Assembly (NCBI GenBank): GCA_951406725.2
Contig: OX597835.1
Coordinates: 14,446,001-14,510,000, forward strand
From: Octopus vulgaris
Lineage: Eukaryota
Direction: 5' to 3'
Length of the DNA: 64,000 nucleotides
Part shown: positions 55,532-64,000 of the stretch, in pieces
How the letters are laid out: each line of letters begins with the position of its first letter
How positions within the stretch are numbered: position 1 is the stretch's first letter
Notes under the pieces: model-generated
Databases searched by the model: none
Told to the model about the DNA's origin: nothing
The model's input: only the letters and a program-made list of their open reading frames with translations
Program-made: the position numbers and the translations under genes

Positions 55532-56927
55532 AAATAACTAAGAAATCTCGTTAAAATGACTGTTCCATAACGCGAGTTTCCAATCTGTAGAGAGAAAAAC
55601 AGCCAGACGTGGGAAAATTATTCATATATATATAAAAGATCCAAAAATAAAATTGCAGAAGACAAAGAGAAACGAACACTTAATCCAGCGAGAAAAAGTA
55701 TTGAAAATAACCTTTCACCGATAAATTATAATAGATATATATGCAAGATTCTTGATGTGGACAGGTGTGTTGGAGCAAATTTTGCTGTGTTTTAGTGTTT
55801 ATTGTTTAGTTAGTCTTGGGAATTTTAGTTTTTATCATTATTCTGCAAACCAAACAGGTATTACTTAAGGCTTTTTCAATAGATTATTGAATGCGTTTAG
55901 CAATCATTTCGTGTTCACCTGTTTGAGAGTTTGAAAGATTTCAAAGTACATTCCAATTGTTCGCGTTGCACCGCAGCCATTGCTTGGATTATTCTTTCTC
56001 TCCAGAATTGTTCAACTGCTACACTTACAGCTTGGAACATTTTCGCTAGTGTTTACCCTTCCATTATTCAGAACTCTTCCTCCATATCCTATGCTTCTTT
56101 TATGCCGTTGACCTTTGCATTGAGTTTTGTTTTTGTTTTCGATAAAAAGTTCTTGATAAAAATCGTTTTAGGTTTGAGTCGAATTATTTGTTTTGTTCAG
56201 AGAAGCATTGCTGTTTCTCAGATCGATTGATTCTTGGCGAATTAGCAAAGATATCGTGTTTTAGACATTCTTTGATTTTGGGTAATTCCTCTGATGTTAT
56301 TTTCCCCTCCTTTATTGTTACATTTCATTGATGATTTCGTTAAAGATTGAGATATCTTTTATTACATTTTCTCTCTCTATTGTATGTTTATTTTCTACGT
56401 CGTTTGTTTGGGATGAGATCTTCCAATATCACAAATGTTGAGGGGTACCGATTTTGGTTTGCGACGAATATGATGCCTGCATATATTAACCAATATATCC
56501 TTTCACAGATTTAACGATATTTCTTATTTATTTATCACCCGACGAGATACGTCTGCACCACCGGATACTCCTGAACCAGTTTTTGATGCTTTCCTGTTTT
56601 GCCAGTGTCTGCAACCCGACGGAAGACCTTCCATTTTTTATATCTAAATTAGTCTTGTTATATTTTATCTCTGAGACAGAGACTTCTCTTTGGTCCATCG
56701 AAAGATCTTTCACCGATTTAATTCCTTATTTTCTCCTTTTTAATTACTGCCGTATACAACGGTTCCGGTTTTAGAACCTTTCACTTTTAGAGAAAGTACT
56801 TTCATATTCCCTCCCATAGAATTACGTAGGCATGATGGGGGCTTGAGGTTGTTTTATTATTTCTTTCGTTTTTGCTGTTCGAAGACTATCTTCGCGATCC
56901 ATGTTCTTAATGTTGATACGTTAGAAA

Positions 56928-57510
56928 GGCGGCGAGCTGGCAGAATCGTTAGCACACCGGGCGAAATGCTTAGCGGTATTTCGTCTGCCGTTACGTTCTG
57001 AGTTCAAATTCCGCAGAGGTCGACTTTGCCTTTCATTCTTTCGGGGTCGATAAAATTAAGTACCAGTTACGCACTGGGGTCGATATAATCGACTGAATCC
57101 GTTTGTCGGTCCTTGTTTGTCCTCTCTGTGTTTAGCCCCTTGTGGGTAGTAAAGAAATAGGTATTTTGTCTGCCGTTACGTTCTGAGTTCAAATTCCGCA
57201 GAGGTCGACTTTGCCTTTCATCCTTTCGGGGTCGATTAAATAAGTACCAGTTACGCACTGGGGTCGATGTAATCGACTTAATTCGTTTGTCTGTCCTTGT
57301 TTGTCCTCTCTGTGTTTAGTCCCTTGTGAGTAGTAAAGAAATAGGTATTTCGTCTGCTGCTACGTTCTGAGTTCAAATTCCGCCGAGGTCAACTTTGCCT
57401 TTCATCCTTTCGGGGGTCGATGAAATAAGTATTAGGTATGTACAGGGGTCGATGTAATCGACTAGTTCCCTTCCCCACAAATTTTCAAGGCTTTGTGCCT
57501 AGAGTAGAAA
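56928..57510 (+). mobile_element. SINE family C with three internal units
   Basis: Head, units near 57000, 57185 and 57370, tail TTGTGCCTAGAGTAGAAA. Confidence 0.9.
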
Positions 57511-57711
57511 TGATCATTTTCGTCGTTTGCATTTTGCTCACCGTTACTATTGAGGTTATGCGTTTCTTTTTATTCAAACTGTTCTAGTTCTCTATCAAAT
57601 AGGGTCCTTTATTTTGTTTTGAATTAGTCTGTTGGGACCCAGAGTTACTTTTAGATCAATATCAGTTTCTTTCCAGCTATATACATATGCCGTAGTAATA
57701 AAATCTTTTAA

Positions 57712-57912
57712 TCTTTTACTTGTTTCAGTCATTTGACTGCGGCCATGCTGGAGCACCGCCTTTAGTCGAGCAAATCGACCCCAGGACTTATACTTTGTAA
57801 GTCCAGCACTTATTCCACTGGTCTCCTTTGCCGAACCGCCAAGCCACGGGTACGCAAACACACCAGCATCGGTTGTCAAGCGATGTTGGGGTGGACAAAC
57901 ACAGACACACAA

Positions 57913-57973
<61 letters not shown>

Positions 57974-58105
57974 GGGCTTGTTTCAGTTTCCGTCTACCGA
58001 TCCACTCACAAGACTATGGTCGTCCCGAGGTTATAGTAGAAGACACTTGCTCAAGGTGCCACGCAGTGGGACTGAACCCGGAACCATGTGGTTGGTAAAC
58101 AAGCT
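57712..58105 (-). mobile_element. SINE family A
   Basis: Reverse complement of the consensus, head truncated. Confidence 0.88.
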
Positions 58106-59011
58106 CTTGTTTTGTGCTTAAAAATGTCGCTTTGCAAGTAAAATATGCACAGGACTCGAAACCGTTTAGCTATTGTGTCCGTTTATGATCTCTCTGCTTT
58201 AGTTTATGGGCCCTGGGGAGTAAAATTCAGCGCCTTATTTAGCATGGCACTAGTTTTTTTATAGATTACTGAAATATTTACGTATCGCGTTTATTTATGG
58301 ACTTCCTATTAAATTTAGGTGTGAGGAGTAAAACGTCGCCATTTTAGATTTTTATTGAGTAAGGCAGTACGTAAGTTTTCAAGATTTTTCGTTTTGATAA
58401 AACAAAATGTACGTGGCCAACTAAACCCGACTACTTCCATTCACTTTAAGACAATCTGGCTCTCTGCTAATTTCAGAAAATTCTATTAATTATCTTGGTT
58501 CTTTTTACTTTGTGTGAATTAAATTTAACAATATGAAACCATGTAAGGCTGAATGCCAGGTGTTCAAGAATACTTGGAATAACACTCGGTATATTTATGT
58601 ATTGAAACCATTATAGCAATTATACGCATGCGTGTTTTTAAAAAAAGGAGTACAGAAATCGCGATGAGAACAATAGGTGTAGCAATTAAAAAAAATACGA
58701 ACAATGACAACAAAATAATAACAATGACGACGACGACGACGACGACGATGGTGATGATGATGATGATGACGAAGTAATCAGCGTTAAAAATTCTGCAATT
58801 ATTTCACTAGTTAATAATAATGTCTGGTGTATAATTAAATGATGATATGATATTTAAATGTGTTAACACCCGCTGAGGATTTGCGAATTACTATCAGAAT
58901 TTCGTGACTCCTTGCTCCTTTCTAGCACTAAAATGAAACCTATATATTTGTACTTATCGATATAATGATATCTCTTATCTCAAAACCTTATCTCGTTACC
59001 TTTCTCCCTCT

Positions 59012-59827
<816 letters not shown>

Positions 59828-60510
59828 ATATGTATTTTGGGAGCACAGGAGAGTGATTATATAGCATTCAAATGAAATACATTTGAGCCTAAATGTGACT
59901 TGATTCAATATCGTCAAACTGCGAGAATCAAATATCGAAGTGAAATGCCCAGAAGCTACGAGCATGCATTACAATAAGTATCCATAACAGATGTGACTGC
60001 ATTATCAGCTCTTCCAGCCTTTGCGTATCCCCCCCCTTCTCTTAAACGTGACCGCACACCCACACAAAGATTCACTTACACCCACACACACGATATGCAT
60101 TAGATTAGTTAAAGTGACGTCACTTACTTTAAAAAGGAGAGAAAATTGAACGTTGATTCTGTTTATTTAATCATTTGAGAAACGAAGTATATACGAATCA
60201 AGACGAAGTGTTTCATGTAGTTAGGAGAAAAAAATGAAGGCGTAATCTTAGTACCAACACGAATATTTCAAATTAGCCTAATGCAATAATTGATAGTATC
60301 AATAACGGCAAAGAAGAAAAATAATGTGCCACTTAATTTTAAAACAAAGCAGCCTAATATTCATTTCGGTGAAGAGGGTCAGGGAACTCAGGGGACTCAA
60401 AGGTTGTCTATGTTTGCTCACAAGTATTTAGGCACCTAGGAATAAGTGGTGAGAGAATGATGCATGCTTCCAAGCCTTATATGGTTGTGAGTAACGGCTG
60501 CGAGTTTTTA

Positions 60511-61980
60511 GGTGCAGGCGTTGTGTGTGTGGTAAGAAGTTCGCTTCTCGGGGGGGGGGGTCAAATATGCAATTGTCTGGTTGCTATTTGACTCCCCCGA
60601 AGAAGCTTGCGAATCCGCAAGCCAGCCGCTGGAGGGCAATGAAATTCAGTTCCTTCCCACTTCTTGTGGGAAGAAATTGACGAGGGCTTGGGTCTGCGGC
60701 TTGCCAAACAGAATTGAGTCCGAGTGGATAGAAGATTCTATCCGCCGGGGTCTGGGTGGTAGCAGTACCAAGCTGCTCGATGTTAAAATATTACCTGCGG
60801 CTGATTTGGAGGGGTCAAAAGCAGTTTTGACCCTATGGACCCAATCAGCCGAAAGTCTGGTTTTTCCAGATTTTTTAAGGATGGCCGGGTCTAGGTATCC
60901 GATGATGCTCAAGGGACGCCCCCCCCCAAAGGTGTCACCTGTTCCTGGAAACCGGCCATATCAAGAAGAACTACCCCAAGGACCAAAATAGGGTCCTGGA
61001 GCAGTTAATAGAAGCACCACTCCCTGGTCCCTCAGTGGAGGGAGAAAAGGAGGAAGTCGAGGAGGTGGAAACATCGTCGAAAAAACGAAAACGAAAGGTG
61101 GGCAACGATGGTTTGCCCACCGAAGGACCTGAGGTCTGCAGGAGGAAGGAAGGACCTGCTGAACAAAGCAGAGAAACACCACCCTCCCGTGATCCAAGGG
61201 GAAAAGAAGAAAAAAAGCGGGACATTTCCGGCGGTTTGTGACACGATGCCGGTGTGTCTCGATGCTCCTTCGACAGGTGTGCCCCTGGAGGACTAATTTG
61301 TGGTCCTCTTTCACAAGGGAGGGACACTGCAGAGCTTAGTTAAGAAATTTGAAAGGAAGGGCCGGTGGGAGGAGGGGCTTCTGTCCTGCACGGAGAACCC
61401 TGAGTGGCCTTGGCAGGTGGCTGCGGAGGTCATATGGGAAACCGATCTGTGCAGGATAACGAATTCTTTTCTAGTGGACTCCTTTAGATATATGACCAAG
61501 TGGTCCGGCTCGAAACCGACTAGATGCTTCGAAGAAGCGAGGAGCCTGGTCGAACAGAAAAGCTGAATTGGATATTTGTGTAAGAGGTGTATTGCCTCCA
61601 AAGTAAGAGGATTATTGCCTCGTTAATGTGCTTTTTTTTTCTTACTGAACTGTGTAAGAGGTTTATTGCCTCAGTGTGTTATTTTAAAGAGAACAATGTT
61701 TTAGAGAAGCGAAAGTCGGCGGGCGCTTTGCGTCTTCTCCCATCCTTATCATCCTTGCATCATTATCATTCATCTCATTAATGTCTGTGTCCTGCCCGCA
61801 AGCTTCTATCTCTGTGCTGCTCTTGTGGCAAATTTAATGAAATAAAGAAGTTTGCTTCTCAACCAAATAGTTTTAGTTTCGGGTTCTCCCCCACTGTGCA
61901 ACACCATGGTTGAGTGTCTTCAACCATAGCCTTGTGAGTGGATTTGGTCGACGGAAACTGAATGTAGTCAGTAGTGTGTG
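60511..61980 (+). mobile_element. Diverged SINE family A split by the insertion below (60511-60549 + 61845-61980)
   Basis: Head GGTGCAGG..TGTGTGGTAAGAAGTTCGCTTCTC resumes after 61860 as AACCA..GGGTTC..CCCACTG..GCCTTGTGAGTGGATTTGG. Confidence 0.75.
60550..61844 (+). mobile_element. ORF1-only non-LTR retroelement (Tx1/L1-type gag-like ORF, frameshifted) with 16-bp TSD
   Basis: TSD AAGAAGTT(C/T)GCTTCTC at 60534-60549 and 61845-61860; ORF 60581-61566 with frameshifts; GRPP-RCHL(F)LETGHIKKN(Y)P is a decayed CCHC knuckle; ends at AATAAA; no RT or EN. Confidence 0.75.
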
Positions 61981-62025
61981 TGTGTTTGTGTGTGTGTGTG
62001 TATGTGTGTGTGCATACATAAATAA

Positions 62026-62112
<87 letters not shown>

Positions 62113-62113
<1 letters not shown>

Positions 62114-62227
62114 CACGTGATCATGTGACCGACCAGACCAACAGATGGTGTTACACATCGCTGGTCACAATGCATTCGCATTGTTTTAGCCTTTGAATGA
62201 CGCCACCCCGCTGGCTAAGCGAGCAGG

Positions 62228-62232
<5 letters not shown>
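62113..62232 (+). repeat. Short interspersed repeat (probable LINE/SINE 3' tail); a fragment also lies at about 9194-9229 on minus
   Basis: TGACCGACCAGACCA..TGTTACACA shared between the two loci. Confidence 0.5.
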
Positions 62233-62282
<50 letters not shown>

Positions 62283-62325
62283 GGGCGAGCAACAGAATTA
62301 TTAATTATTAATTATTAATTATTAT

Positions 62326-62400
<75 letters not shown>

Positions 62401-62687
62401 TCACATATATGTGAGTGATGAAAATATACATTGCCCACATTGGGTAATTTGATAAACGTTTTAAATATATTTCACTTTTTGTGTTTACGCTATAATTCTT
62501 GAAATTACTCATGGTTGTAAAAGTGTATTAATATTACCGAAACAATTGACCTGGAATAAGTTTACTATTTGTTCCTTTAAGTTGAGCAAATAACCTTGTG
62601 ATTATTGCAAAAGAAAAATAATAATAATAATCATGCTTACGAGCAGCTTACTTGGAAAGCATATAGGGAAAACATTCATTGCAATAA

Positions 62688-62754
62688 ATAAAGCCTTGTG
62701 AGTGGATTTGGTAGACGGAAACTGAAAGAAGCCCGTCGTATATATGTATGTATG

Positions 62755-62828
<74 letters not shown>

Positions 62829-63025
62829 TGTGTCTGTGTTTGTCCTCTCCAACATCGCTTGACAACCGATGCTGGTGTGTTTACGTCACTGTAACTTAGC
62901 GTTTCGGCAAAAGCGACCGATAGAATAAGTACTAGGCTTACAAAGAATAAGTCCTGGAGGTCGATTTGCTCGACTAAAGGCGGTGCTCCAGCATGGCCAC
63001 AGTCAAATGACATGAAACAAGTAAA
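62688..63025 (+). mobile_element. SINE family A, 5'-truncated
   Basis: Body, internal microsatellite and tail match the consensus. Confidence 0.9.
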
Positions 63026-63452
63026 ATAGTAGTAAAATAGTACATAGTAAATGCAGACCCTTTCTTTCTGCTACAGCCAACCTACTGCCGTTTCCACCAC
63101 CAACTCCTCTACGTCGTCGTCGTCGTCGTCGTCGTCGTTCTCTTCCTCTGTCACTGCGCATGCGAGCATGTGTCATGTGTTTGGTGTCCATCGATTACGT
63201 AACCTTTATCATCTTCAAGATGTTAAAAGTTACGCAACCATTGCTTGTCAATCTCAGGGTTCTTTTATCGACTTTTAACTTCTTTTGTCGACTTTTTTTC
63301 AGTATTTCCTTTTTAAATCTATCGTCTTTTTCTCTCCCCTTTGTCTCTCCTCCCCCCGTCTCTCTCTCTCTCTCTCCCGCCTTGTCTCACGATATAAAGT
63401 GTTACTGGAGATATCAACCAACCGATATTTATACCGGCTATTACATACATAT

Positions 63453-63483
<31 letters not shown>

Positions 63484-63609
63484 CACATACGTACATGTGT
63501 GTGTATGTGTGTGTATGTGTGCGTGTGGAGAGAGAGAGATAAAGAGAAAGATAGATAGACAGACAGTAGATGAATAGATACATATTTCATGCTTAAATAA
63601 ATACTGTTC

Positions 63610-63723
63610 TATATATATATGCATGTATATACATACATATATATGTATATGTATACATATGTATATACATACATCCATATATATATATATGTATATATAT
63701 ATATGTATATATGTATATATAGA

Positions 63724-63800
<77 letters not shown>

Positions 63801-63861
63801 ATATGTATATATACATATATATATATGTATATATGTATATATACATATATATATATATGTA

Positions 63862-63934
<73 letters not shown>

Positions 63935-63945
63935 GTATGTATATA
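63610..63945. repeat. (TA)n/(TATG)n microsatellite
   Basis: Direct reading. Confidence 0.95.
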
Positions 63946-64000
63946 GGTGCGTATATAGATGTGGATTTGGTTTGCCTTTTTGTTTTCATAAGGTTTCTTG

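Overview
Very AT-rich, microsatellite-saturated eukaryotic DNA. The repeat families and the (TA)n/(TACA)n/(TCTA)n landscape suggest an octopus/cephalopod intronic or intergenic region; this is my inference and was not checked by database search. I find no confidently identifiable host gene, and almost all ORFs in the supplied track are translations of simple repeats. Content: (i) several tRNA-derived SINE families, some modular and some in tandem arrays; (ii) non-autonomous Helitrons (A|TC...hairpin-CTAG|T); (iii) mariner-derived MITEs; (iv) decayed LINE fragments (RTE, CR1, R4/Dong-like, Penelope GIY-YIG) and an ORF1-only non-LTR element with a 16-bp TSD inserted in a SINE head. The main observation is a dense set of type I hammerhead ribozyme motifs, read by eye: about 7-8 with a complete or near-complete core and stems, plus about 6 degenerate. 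They lie in short non-coding elements wedged between (TA)n tracts, and have long stem II insertions, family-specific palindromic stem III sequences and recurrent core variants. One forms a 1.5-mer of a 594-nt unit whose end coincides with the predicted cleavage site, and one forms a 191-bp palindrome with a ribozyme on each strand. Together these look like a (TA)n-associated retrozyme/Penelope-like ribozyme retroelement system.
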